DNA from: Delftia acidovorans NBRC 14950
GTDB lineage: Bacteria; Pseudomonadota; Gammaproteobacteria; Burkholderiales; Burkholderiaceae_C
Length of the DNA stretch: 32,000 bases
Assembly: GCF_001598795.1 (NCBI RefSeq)
Contig: NZ_BCZP01000006.1
Span: 120,001-152,000, forward strand
Direction of reading: 5' to 3'
In this document: one piece after another, positions 1 through 8,536 of the stretch
Layout: each line of letters begins with the position of its first letter
Position numbering within the stretch: the stretch's first letter is position 1
Program-made: the position numbers and the translations under genes
Notes under the pieces: generated by a model
Seen by the model: only the letters and a program-made list of their open reading frames with translations
Told to the model about the DNA's origin: nothing
Databases searched by the model: none

Positions 1-2379
1 CTGCGTTTTGACGATTTCCCGCGCACGAGTCCCTAAGTCACGGCGATAAGATTCATCCTTACAAAGCATCATTAATGCTTCAACTAGCTGCGAGTCTTCA
101 AATTCATCTTTCAACTTGAAGACCCCATCATCAGGTAGATCGCCCATGCTACCATTAGCATTGACAATGGTAGCCAACCCATAATTCATGCAATCAAGTA
201 CAGCAGCGGACGTTTCTCCTCGAGATAAAGTGCGGAGCTGAACACCGATATCCGCAGCTTCCAGATATTTTTGGAATTCTCCAGAATTCAGCCAACCTGT
301 AATCTTGATACGATCACCCAGCCCACTCTCAGCAATCAATCTTTCTAGAGATGCACCGTACTCGCCATTGTCATTTTCTCCGACAAATATTAGTGTGTAA
401 CTCGGGTCGTTTGCCAAAGACGATTGAAGCCACGCATTAAGTAGCCGATGATTGAGCTTGGTCCTACCTAGTAACCCAAAGCTGCAAACTATGCAACTTC
501 TTCCGCTCAATCCGAGAGCTTTTCTAGCGGAAAGGCGACTATTTACATCTAGCGTTCGTTGAGAGCGCAGCAAGGGAATAATTTTCCAGTGGTCCCCCGA
601 ATTTTTTCCGTACCAATGCCTAGCCAACTCACGTGAAAATTCAGAGTGAACAATGATTCCCTGGGCAAGATCCAAGACGGAGTAGTTGCATGGATATTCC
701 CAAATGGCATCGGACGTATCTTCTGCATGTATTCTCCGAGATATTGCATTATATCCGTGACTTGAATACAGAGATTTCGTCCAGATCCCAGGGGAGACTC
801 CAATGTGCTCCATATGCGCAACTATTCCAGACAGGAAGAAATCGTGCAGAACAACGACACCAGGAATCATCCGCAACAAGCCAAACATGTGCTCATGGTA
901 ATGAGAATTACCAAAATGATAAATTACCCGCTCGTAATTATCAGAATGATCCATAAACCATTGAACACTGCGTTTCCTGCAGTTACCTACTATCCATTCA
1001 TCGGCAATTGAATCTTGCACGACAATTACTTCAATCTCGTAGTATCGAGCCAGCTCTGGCAACAATTCGGCGCTATAGTCAGAAATTCCACTACGCTCGG
1101 GGGGCAAAGGTGATATATACGCAAGCAATGGCTTCTTGAATGGAATTTTCTTCTTCTGCCCTTCTTCACCTCCGAGCCAACCTTCGATTGCAGAAATGGT
1201 TAGCTTTGCACTTCTTTCCCAACTGAAGATTTTCGATTGCTCTACGCCATGTAACTCAAGTGATGTCTTGAACTCTGAATTCGAAAGCACATGCTGTATT
1301 TTTTTGGCAATGGATTCATCATTTTTAGGATCAAACAATGCATCAGATCGCCCAATCACCTCTGGCAAACTTGAGCAGTTAGATCCAATAACAGCACGGC
1401 CACAAGCCATGGCCTCCAATGCGGGCAAACCGAATCCTTCGTGCCAGGATGGAAATACGAATATCTTGCATAAATTGTAGAGTGCAAGCAAATCCTCATC
1501 CGAGACAAAGCCCGTTAGGATCAAATCCTTCTCATCGATGCCATGCTCTTTTGCCAACTCGACAAGACGCCAACGGTCAACATCTCGAATAGAGCAAACG
1601 ATGGCAAGCTGATGGTCTTTGCGAGTCTGAAGAGGTAGCCGAGCATAGGCTCGGATCAGACCTTCAATATTTTTCCGATAATCGATCCCACCGCCATACA
1701 TGATGAACGGTTTGGACAACCCATATCTTTCTCTTACGTTCCTTTCTGTTTCCTCATCTATATTTTTTTTTCTGAACTCTGAATCAATCCCCGCCCAGAC
1801 GGTGACGACGTCCGCCGATGAAAAACCAGCAAGCTCAATCGCCTCAGATTTTGTTGAATTGGAGTTGCATATTAGATAATCTGCACGTTTTAAATCATCT
1901 ATTTTCCCCAGATACCAAGCCCTCATTGAGGGATTTGCCAGATAATGATCCGCATATATAAGTGGAATTAAGTCGTGCAAAAAAACCACTGTCTTATAAG
2001 ACGCAGGAACTCTTCCAATACTTGTTATCGCACGATCTGAAAATCCCTCGAAGAGACTAAGGACCAAAACAACATCTGGCTTCAGACTAGCCAAGAAAAA
2101 TTCTCTCAGCAGTTCTGAATGTATCTGAGGACGATCGCCATCTGCAGATGGTATGTTTAATGGACTCCAAACTCTAATATTTTTCTGGGGCAGAATGGAA
2201 TCAAATTCCTCCCGTATCGCATCAATGGATACTGGAAATTCGCCATTTAAAGCAATCAGGACTTCATAATTCCCGCGATTTATAGCTATCGCTTTTGCAA
2301 GAGACAAAGACAGCCGCCCAATACCTCTATCCTTGTTCTCCGCTTGTGAACCTTGCAGATCAATAACAATACGCATCAT
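1..2379 (-). CDS. Large two-module family-4 glycosyltransferase, WbdA-like O-antigen (manno)syltransferase. The 3-prime end runs off the left edge; 793 codons are visible.
   Basis: It is absent from the ORF track because it has no stop in the window. I translated the minus strand from the ATG at 2379 in one open frame down to position 1: MMRIVIDLQGSQAENKDRGIGRLSLSLAKAI... Module 1 carries the GT4 E-x7-E signature FPSWHEGFGLPALEAMACGRAVIGSNCSSLPEVIG. Module 2 starts near KKPLLAYISPLPPERSGISDYSAELLPEL. Its ATG overlaps the wbdD stop (ATGA at 2376-2379). The small track ORFs at 549-1480 are shadow frames. Confidence 0.85.
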   Translation of the reverse strand, partial: MMRIVIDLQGSQAENKDRGIGRLSLSLAKAIAINRGNYEVLIALNGEFPVSIDAIREEFDSILPQKNIRVWSPLNIPSADGDRPQIHSELLREFFLASLKPDVVLVLSLFEGFSDRAITSIGRVPASYKTVVFLHDLIPLIYADHYLANPSMRAWYLGKIDDLKRADYLICNSNSTKSEAIELAGFSSADVVTVWAGIDSEFRKKNIDEETERNVRERYGLSKPFIMYGGGIDYRKNIEGLIRAYARLPLQTRKDHQLAIVCSIRDVDRWRLVELAKEHGIDEKDLILTGFVSDEDLLALYNLCKIFVFPSWHEGFGLPALEAMACGRAVIGSNCSSLPEVIGRSDALFDPKNDESIAKKIQHVLSNSEFKTSLELHGVEQSKIFSWERSAKLTISAIEGWLGGEEGQKKKIPFKKPLLAYISPLPPERSGISDYSAELLPELARYYEIEVIVVQDSIADEWIVGNCRKRSVQWFMDHSDNYERVIYHFGNSHYHEHMFGLLRMIPGVVVLHDFFLSGIVAHMEHIGVSPGIWTKSLYSSHGYNAISRRIHAEDTSDAIWEYPCNYSVLDLAQGIIVHSEFSRELARHWYGKNSGDHWKIIPLLRSQRTLDVNSRLSARKALGLSGRSCIVCSFGLLGRTKLNHRLLNAWLQSSLANDPSYTLIFVGENDNGEYGASLERLIAESGLGDRIKITGWLNSGEFQKYLEAADIGVQLRTLSRGETSAAVLDCMNYGLATIVNANGSMGDLPDDGVFKLKDEFEDSQLVEALMMLCKDESYRRDLGTRAREIVKTQ

Positions 2380-4598
2380 TTCCCCCTCTTCTTCTTTTCT
2401 ACCGCTGCTTTTAGCTCTAGATATATTCCATGGGCACGAGATGACATATTTTCATCGTCTCCATTGGCGCTAGCAATAGCCATCACTTTTGGCGGACTAT
2501 AAGTACCAGCCCCGGGAAGCACACCACCACGCCGAGCCACATCTACTAGTTGGCGGTATAGTGGCGGATATTTAAAAAGCCACTTGTTCACTCTGTTAAC
2601 CACCCATGGCCGCCTCAAAATAAAAGGCATCGCGTATGCTATTGGCTTAGATAGTATTTCAATGGAATGAAACAATAAGTAGTTGATTGAACTACGCAAG
2701 CTACTTCCCGGTGCTATTAGGAACTTGGCCACCTTTCTCAAGGGAGACGTCAACTTCCAAGACCAGCTGTTCAGCAACGCATTACGCTCTTTTTCCAACT
2801 CACAGGCCCGTAACCACCAATGATGCGAATTTTGCGTTAGTTCATGTATTTTTTTTTCGCGCTCGTAAACATCTTTTTCCGATGAAGTGTGGCATATCGC
2901 AACTTCAGCCCCATGGGAAACCTGATTTGTATTCTGAAACGATATTTCACGCTCTCTCGCGAGCTGATGCTCCAGCTCTGATATTTTATTCTCGGCGCGA
3001 AAATAATTCGCGTTGGAGAACTCCAATTGCTTTTCTGCAATTGCGACCTCTTCTATGTGACGCGACAAGCTTTGTTCGAGCTTCTCAAATGACGTCTTCA
3101 AGAGGTTTATTTCCACTGAGTGAGCCTGCATTGCCCTTGATGTCATCAAGTTCAAATCATCTATTTCTTTTCTATTCTTATCGCGGATGTAGCTGGCAAA
3201 CACTTTTTGTTTCTCAATCGCTTCCTCGATCGCTCTTGCCCACAATTCTTCGGCAGTTTCTAAAGGAGCTTCCCTGTAGCCATGCAATGGCATTTTATTC
3301 AGACTATCATGCATTTTCCCAAACGACCACTCCGCCATGGGACGATTCCAAAACGATTTTATCCAGGTTTTATAAGGCTCTGGCAATCCATAAGGACTGA
3401 TTGCCATCGAGCGAAGAGGATCCGGATGCTCAACGATTCCTTTGCTGACCTCATATACGAATATGATGAAGGCAAAGAATATGTTTCTAGGCCATACGCA
3501 ATCTTCTGGTTTTTCCGATATTGAACCACAGTCGATCAAATGAGCAAATCCATTTTTCTCAACAATGACATTCCATGTTCGAACGTCATCATGATAAAAA
3601 CCATCTCGTTCCAATGATGCAAGTTGAGAAAGCACTCCAAGGATCACCGAACGATTATCGAATTTGGCACCATCCCTAATCAGGTCAAGGAGTAAGCGCC
3701 CAGGTATTTTTTCCGAAATCAACCATCCTTCATCCTCTGAGCAGCCATATTTAACTAGCTTTGACACATTTGGCAGCAACTCCTTAATTCGGATTTCCTT
3801 CAAATACTCCGCTTTATTACGCTCGCCAAATTCATGGTTAAATTGCAGCTGCTTTAGGATGTACCTCTGCCCCCAAAAGTATCGCCTGCTTTTCTTATGT
3901 GCCCCCACTGCAAGATGATGCGGATCTTCCGACCATTTGCTGAATTCCTCGGCGGAATCCATAAGTAGCCAGAATCTATTGCTAGCGACAAACAAAGGTC
4001 TAGGTATCGCAGCAAGATGTGTTTCGTGCCTTGCTATCTCGTGCACGAATGCAACGGACTCAAGCAACCACCGAGGATTCTCTGGTTGAGCAGCAGCCCA
4101 ATACAGCGGCTCTTCGCGCAATGCCAACTCAACCACCAAAACACCCACATGAACCGCAGCTTTATCAATCATATTTTTGACAAAGCTCTGCCCCTTCTCT
4201 TGGACTATGTGATGGAATACACTAAGTCCCAGTACCATATCATATTGATCGGACTCAATTCGATCAATGACTTCCTCAATACGACCTTGCTCAAAAGTAG
4301 CACTGAGTTCTGGATTTTCCTGTGCCAACGCCTGGCATACTTCTATGTTTTTATCCAAATAATCAATGCCGTGTACAATGGCGCCCCATTCTGCAAGCTT
4401 CAAGCTAAAAAACCCCTGGGCGCAACCAAGATCCAGAACTCTTACCTGACGGCCGAGCAAGCTTCGCAAGGCAATATAGATATCAGAAATTTTCTCCAGT
4501 CTATCAAAACATGGGCGAGAAACCTTGCTTGACAAAGCGGGGTAACCGTAGATTGGCTGATATATTTCTGGCAACTGAGATACAAGAGACTCAATCAT
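2376..4598 (-). CDS. wbdD: WbdD-type O-antigen chain terminator / chain-length regulator: SAM methyltransferase, kinase, coiled coil and membrane-binding tail.
   Basis: 740-aa ORF. SAM motif I is VLDLGCAQGFFSLKLAEWGA. The kinase catalytic loop is GFYHDDVRTWNVIV, followed by LIDCGS. A heptad-rich region spans about aa 455-600, followed by a basic C-terminal tail. It is collinear with E. coli O9a WbdD as I remember it (LVSELPEIYQ, GLSVFHHIV, HKRSRRYF). ATGA overlaps occur at both ends. Confidence 0.85.
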   Translation of the reverse strand: MIESLVSQLPEIYQPIYGYPALSSKVSRPCFDRLEKISDIYIALRSLLGRQVRVLDLGCAQGFFSLKLAEWGAIVHGIDYLDKNIEVCQALAQENPELSATFEQGRIEEVIDRIESDQYDMVLGLSVFHHIVQEKGQSFVKNMIDKAAVHVGVLVVELALREEPLYWAAAQPENPRWLLESVAFVHEIARHETHLAAIPRPLFVASNRFWLLMDSAEEFSKWSEDPHHLAVGAHKKSRRYFWGQRYILKQLQFNHEFGERNKAEYLKEIRIKELLPNVSKLVKYGCSEDEGWLISEKIPGRLLLDLIRDGAKFDNRSVILGVLSQLASLERDGFYHDDVRTWNVIVEKNGFAHLIDCGSISEKPEDCVWPRNIFFAFIIFVYEVSKGIVEHPDPLRSMAISPYGLPEPYKTWIKSFWNRPMAEWSFGKMHDSLNKMPLHGYREAPLETAEELWARAIEEAIEKQKVFASYIRDKNRKEIDDLNLMTSRAMQAHSVEINLLKTSFEKLEQSLSRHIEEVAIAEKQLEFSNANYFRAENKISELEHQLAREREISFQNTNQVSHGAEVAICHTSSEKDVYEREKKIHELTQNSHHWWLRACELEKERNALLNSWSWKLTSPLRKVAKFLIAPGSSLRSSINYLLFHSIEILSKPIAYAMPFILRRPWVVNRVNKWLFKYPPLYRQLVDVARRGGVLPGAGTYSPPKVMAIASANGDDENMSSRAHGIYLELKAAVEKKKRGK

Positions 4599-5899
4599 GA
4601 TGCGACAATCTCATTTTGAGAATCAATACAGCCGAACGAAGCTCTCAAGTCTACGATCCCCGAAAGTGGGGAATCTCGCCCTACGTGAATCATTACTGAA
4701 TCATACCGCCGATCGAGCGGAGTCAAATCCTGCAATGGATTTCCACACGAAACTCCGAACGAAACCAAATAGTAACCTTCATTAAGGCTCAGGGGTAGTG
4801 AGAATTTAAAAATCTTTGCTTCACCAGCATCTACGGAAATCTCGTTACTTTCACGGCTCGCTATAAGCGAATTCGTTCCATAGACAAATATTCCTTCCAA
4901 AGTCTTTATCAGAAGTCCAGGAACAATACTTTCAAACGCCTCGTCGAACCGTACTTTAAAGAAAAAATCAACGACTTCATTGCTCTCGATCCTGGAAGGA
5001 TAACTTCTCTCTTGAGAGATGAAGGTATAGTCAATAATGGCGGCTCCGCCATTGCCCCATCGATGTTCATTTGGGTGGTACCCCGATCTTGTATGAAATG
5101 AATCGACATTACCAAGGGCGATTTCCTGTCGTCTGGTGCGATCTTTTATGGAAGAGTCCTTGCCCGCTCCTTTATTTCTTCCAAAAAGCTCATCCAGGTA
5201 TTCATTGGTCACGGAGCGTGCAGTGCCATCCTTCTTTACTCTTCCGTCCTTAAGCAGAATCGCCCTATCGCAATGCTTCACCAAGTCTCCTGGGCTGTGC
5301 GATACCAGCAATAGAGTCATTCCCTGCTCTTTGTATTCCGCAATCCGCTGATAGCACTTTGCTTGAAAATATGCATCTCCCACGGACAGAGCTTCATCAA
5401 CGATCAGCAAATCCGGTCTGACTGCCGTGGCGACGCTGAACGCAAGGCGCATTTGCATGCCACTGGAGTAGGTGCGAACAGGACGCTCTATGTAATCTCC
5501 GATTTCAGCAAAGGCTTCAATCTCTGGCATGCATTCCGCAATTTCCTCAGAACGCAACCCCAGCAACTGGCCAGCCATGTAGACGTTTTGGCGCCCCGTG
5601 AAGTCCGGATGGAATCCCATGCCCAGCTCAAGCAATGCAGCCACTCGTCCATTGACTTCAACACTGCCGCTGGTTGGCTGCGTCGTCCCCGTGATAATTT
5701 TCAGCAGGGTGCTCTTGCCGGCACCATTCACTCCAACGATGCCAACAGACTCGCCTTGTTTTACGACGATATCAATGTCTCGTAGAACCCAAGTCTTTTC
5801 ATGTCCAGACATGCCGGTCAGCCATTCACGTATCCGAGACCATTTCCCCTTGTATCGCTTGTAAGCTTTGCTGACCCCAGATATAACAAGGGTATTCAT
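4595..5899 (-). CDS. wzt: O-antigen ABC exporter ATP-binding protein Wzt with a C-terminal glycan-cap-binding extension.
   Basis: Walker A GVNGAGKST, signature YSSGMQMRLAF, Walker B LLIVDEALSVGD. About 175 aa extend beyond the nucleotide-binding domain, as in O9a-type Wzt. The start ATG shares one base with the wzm stop (TAATG at 5897-5901). Confidence 0.9.
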   Translation of the reverse strand: MNTLVISGVSKAYKRYKGKWSRIREWLTGMSGHEKTWVLRDIDIVVKQGESVGIVGVNGAGKSTLLKIITGTTQPTSGSVEVNGRVAALLELGMGFHPDFTGRQNVYMAGQLLGLRSEEIAECMPEIEAFAEIGDYIERPVRTYSSGMQMRLAFSVATAVRPDLLIVDEALSVGDAYFQAKCYQRIAEYKEQGMTLLLVSHSPGDLVKHCDRAILLKDGRVKKDGTARSVTNEYLDELFGRNKGAGKDSSIKDRTRRQEIALGNVDSFHTRSGYHPNEHRWGNGGAAIIDYTFISQERSYPSRIESNEVVDFFFKVRFDEAFESIVPGLLIKTLEGIFVYGTNSLIASRESNEISVDAGEAKIFKFSLPLSLNEGYYLVSFGVSCGNPLQDLTPLDRRYDSVMIHVGRDSPLSGIVDLRASFGCIDSQNEIVAS

Positions 5900-6702
5900 T
5901 AGAGTTCATCCACCAGTTCACCAACCCGATTCAGAAAGAACTTCGCGCCCATGAAGATAAAGATCATGGTCAGTCCACACAAGGGAAGCAAAGAGCCGAA
6001 ATCCGGAGTGGTTTTGTCTAGAAATATTTGCTGATAAGCAGCAATCAGAGGATGCATGGGATTGAAGCGCATTGCATCGCGCACCTGCTGCGGAAGGGCT
6101 GGCAATGTGTAAACAATAGGTGTCAACCAGAACCAAAACTGAAGAACCACTCCCGTAAGCTGCCCTACATCCCTGAAGAACACGTTAAGAGTCCCCAGAA
6201 GCACACCCAATCCCAACGTGAAGAGAAGCTGCAAGGCAAGCAAGGGAATCAATGCGAGAAGAGACCATCCAGGCCAATGACCAATGATTGCAAGAAATAC
6301 CAGGTATAGAAAGAAAACGATACCAAAATTAATCAGCGACGAAATGGTAACGATGACAGGGAGGCAGATGCGGGGGAAATTTGACTTTTTTATCAAATTT
6401 CCATGTTCCAAAAATACGCTATTCAAGCGCATCAGCATTTCCGAGAACAGTCCCCAAGTCGTAACACCTGCACAGAGATAAATACTGAAAGCAAAGGGCA
6501 TCTGCTCATGCCCGGGAAGCGTTGGACGCATGAGCTGACCAAACACCACGGTATAGATGATGATCATGGTCAGTGGATTGGCCACTGACCAGAATGCTCC
6601 CAGCAGCGATTCGCGGTATTTCCCATGAAATTCCCGCATGACGCTGCTCCATACAAAGCCGCGATACGCCCATAGGGCACGTAGCATGGCAAGACCTGGC
6701 AT
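5899..6702 (-). CDS. wzm: O-antigen ABC exporter permease, ABC-2 type (Wzm).
   Basis: Multi-helix hydrophobic protein with the ABC-2 N-terminal pattern (REFHGKYRESLLGAFWSVANPL). It sits directly upstream of wzt. The track start at 6708 is a TTG. The first ATG is at 6702, 2 nt after the manC stop, so the exact start is uncertain. Confidence 0.85.
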   Translation of the reverse strand: MPGLAMLRALWAYRGFVWSSVMREFHGKYRESLLGAFWSVANPLTMIIIYTVVFGQLMRPTLPGHEQMPFAFSIYLCAGVTTWGLFSEMLMRLNSVFLEHGNLIKKSNFPRICLPVIVTISSLINFGIVFFLYLVFLAIIGHWPGWSLLALIPLLALQLLFTLGLGVLLGTLNVFFRDVGQLTGVVLQFWFWLTPIVYTLPALPQQVRDAMRFNPMHPLIAAYQQIFLDKTTPDFGSLLPLCGLTMIFIFMGAKFFLNRVGELVDEL

Positions 6703-6704
6703 GC

Positions 6705-8171
6705 TCAATTGCTCTCCAATGCGGTCGCTACACGGCCATAGGTATCCTCGAATCGAACAATATCGTCTTCCCCCAGATAACTGCCCGACTGGACTTCGAT
6801 GATCTCGAGAGGAACCTTGCCGGGATTGGCCAGGCGATGCGTGTGCCCCAGGGGGATGAAGGTGGACTCGTTTTCCGCCAGCAGGAAGGTCTTGTCGCCA
6901 TTGGTGACTTCGGCCGTACCTTTGACCACCACCCAGTGCTCAGCCCGGTGATGGTGCATCTGCAAGCTGAGCTGCGCACCCGGGTTGACCACAATGCGCT
7001 TGACCTGAAAGCGCTCGCCGCTGTCGATGCTGTCGTACCAGCCCCAGGGACGGTGTACCTTGCGGTGCGAGGAGGCCAGCTTGCGCTTTTGCGCCTTCAA
7101 CTCGGCCACGATCTTCTTGACATCCTGTGTACGGCGCTTGTCCGCGACCAAGATCGCATCCGCCGTTTCAACCACCACAATGTTGTCGACTCCTACCGTG
7201 GCCACGAGGCAGGTTTCGGAGAACAGCAGGCTGTTCTGCGTATCGATCGCCAACGTCTGGCCAGCGTGGGCGTTGCCATGGGCATCTCGTGGCAGCACGT
7301 CCCACAGGGCATCCCAGGCGCCAAGGTCGGACCATCCGGCATCCAAGGGCACCACGCGAGCGGGAATTCCCAGGTCCTGATTGCTAGGCAAGTGCTCCAT
7401 GACCGCATAGTCGATCGAGTCGGCGGGGCAACTGGCGAAGATTTCGCTGTGGGGACGGATGAAGTCCAGATCCTGGCTGCTTTTTTCGATGGCAGCCTGG
7501 CAGGCCTGCAGCATCTGAGGCTGCAGTGCGGCCATGGCCTTCAGCCACTGGTCCGCGCGGACCATGAACAGTCCGCTGTTCCACAGGTAGTTGCCGCTTT
7601 CAAGGTAGGTTTGTGCCACCTCCAGGCTGGGCTTCTCAGCAAAGCTCTTGATGGCAAAGGCTGCGTGGCCTTCAATCGCCTGAGCCTTCTGGATGTAGCC
7701 GTAACCTGTTTCCGGGCGATTGGCCACGATGCCGAAGGTCACCATGGCCCCGTCCTTGGCCAGTTGCCAGGCTGTCTGCACAGCTTCATGCAACTGGGTC
7801 AGATTGTTCATCACATGATCAGCGGGCATTGCGAGCATTACCGCGTGCGGCTCTGCCACAAGGGCGGCAAGCGTCAACGCAGGAGCCGTATTGCGGCCCA
7901 CAGGCTCCAGCACCAGCCTGGCTCCTTCGATACCTGCTTCATGCAACTGTTGAGCAGCCAGAAAGCGATGCTCGCCATTGCAGATCACGATAGGAGGGAC
8001 CTTCGGGATATGGGAGGCCACACCATCCAATCGCTTCGCTGTGTCTTGCAGCATGGATACCCCGTCCCCGCTAAGTGCCAGGAACTGCTTTGGATAGGTT
8101 TCACGCGAGAGCGGCCACAACCGGGTGCCGGAGCCCCCACACAAAATAACGGGAAGCAGAGGAGAGGTCAT
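6705..8171 (-). CDS. manC: Bifunctional mannose-1-phosphate guanylyltransferase / mannose-6-phosphate isomerase (type II PMI-GMP).
   Basis: The N-terminus VILCGGSGTRLWPLSRETYPKQF is the sugar nucleotidyltransferase motif. The C-terminal cupin carries QMHHHRAEHWVVVKGTA and HRLANPG. 488 aa. GC is intermediate between the island and the backbone. Confidence 0.92.
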   Translation of the reverse strand: MTSPLLPVILCGGSGTRLWPLSRETYPKQFLALSGDGVSMLQDTAKRLDGVASHIPKVPPIVICNGEHRFLAAQQLHEAGIEGARLVLEPVGRNTAPALTLAALVAEPHAVMLAMPADHVMNNLTQLHEAVQTAWQLAKDGAMVTFGIVANRPETGYGYIQKAQAIEGHAAFAIKSFAEKPSLEVAQTYLESGNYLWNSGLFMVRADQWLKAMAALQPQMLQACQAAIEKSSQDLDFIRPHSEIFASCPADSIDYAVMEHLPSNQDLGIPARVVPLDAGWSDLGAWDALWDVLPRDAHGNAHAGQTLAIDTQNSLLFSETCLVATVGVDNIVVVETADAILVADKRRTQDVKKIVAELKAQKRKLASSHRKVHRPWGWYDSIDSGERFQVKRIVVNPGAQLSLQMHHHRAEHWVVVKGTAEVTNGDKTFLLAENESTFIPLGHTHRLANPGKVPLEIIEVQSGSYLGEDDIVRFEDTYGRVATALESN

Positions 8172-8536
8172 GAGGACGAGGAGTCAGAAGAAGCGTGACG
8201 AAGATTTTCAGCATCGGCCTCCAGCATTGCCAACCGCTGGTTCAGCCGCCGCACATCGCGCTCGATGCGGGTGTTGACCATGTCGGCATGCAAGGCCTTG
8301 ATGAGCAGGACGATGCTGGCCAGCAGCAGCAGCATGGCCGGTGGATAGCTGATGCCCAGCACCGCTGCCAGGCGGTTGATCATCCCGGGCCAGACGCCCA
8401 GCACGACGGCAGCCACGGCAACGACCACCCAGAACAGGCCGTGCATGAGATAGAGGTGGTCGCGCCGAATCAGGTACAGGATCAGCGCGGCCAACCCTAT
8501 GCCCATGAAAGTCGTTGTTACCTGAAGGGAAGCCAT
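8168..8536 (-). CDS. Small integral membrane protein, DUF2304-like.
   Basis: About 122-126 aa with three or four hydrophobic helices and a C-terminal charged helix (ERDVRRLNQRLAMLEADAENL). Its stop overlaps the manC ATG (ATGA at 8168-8171). The track start at 8548 is a TTG and the first ATG is at 8536. The family call comes from memory of typical DUF2304 proteins. Confidence 0.6.
   Translation of the reverse strand: MASLQVTTTFMGIGLAALILYLIRRDHLYLMHGLFWVVVAVAAVVLGVWPGMINRLAAVLGISYPPAMLLLLASIVLLIKALHADMVNTRIERDVRRLNQRLAMLEADAENLRHASSDSSSS

Noticed and set aside
549-1480. Short track ORFs at 549-821 (-), 690-956 (+), 805-1011 (+) and 1136-1480 (+).
   Set aside because: They lie inside the long uninterrupted minus-strand glycosyltransferase frame (1-2379), which has GT4 signatures. 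The short ORFs are off-frame or antisense and show no motifs.
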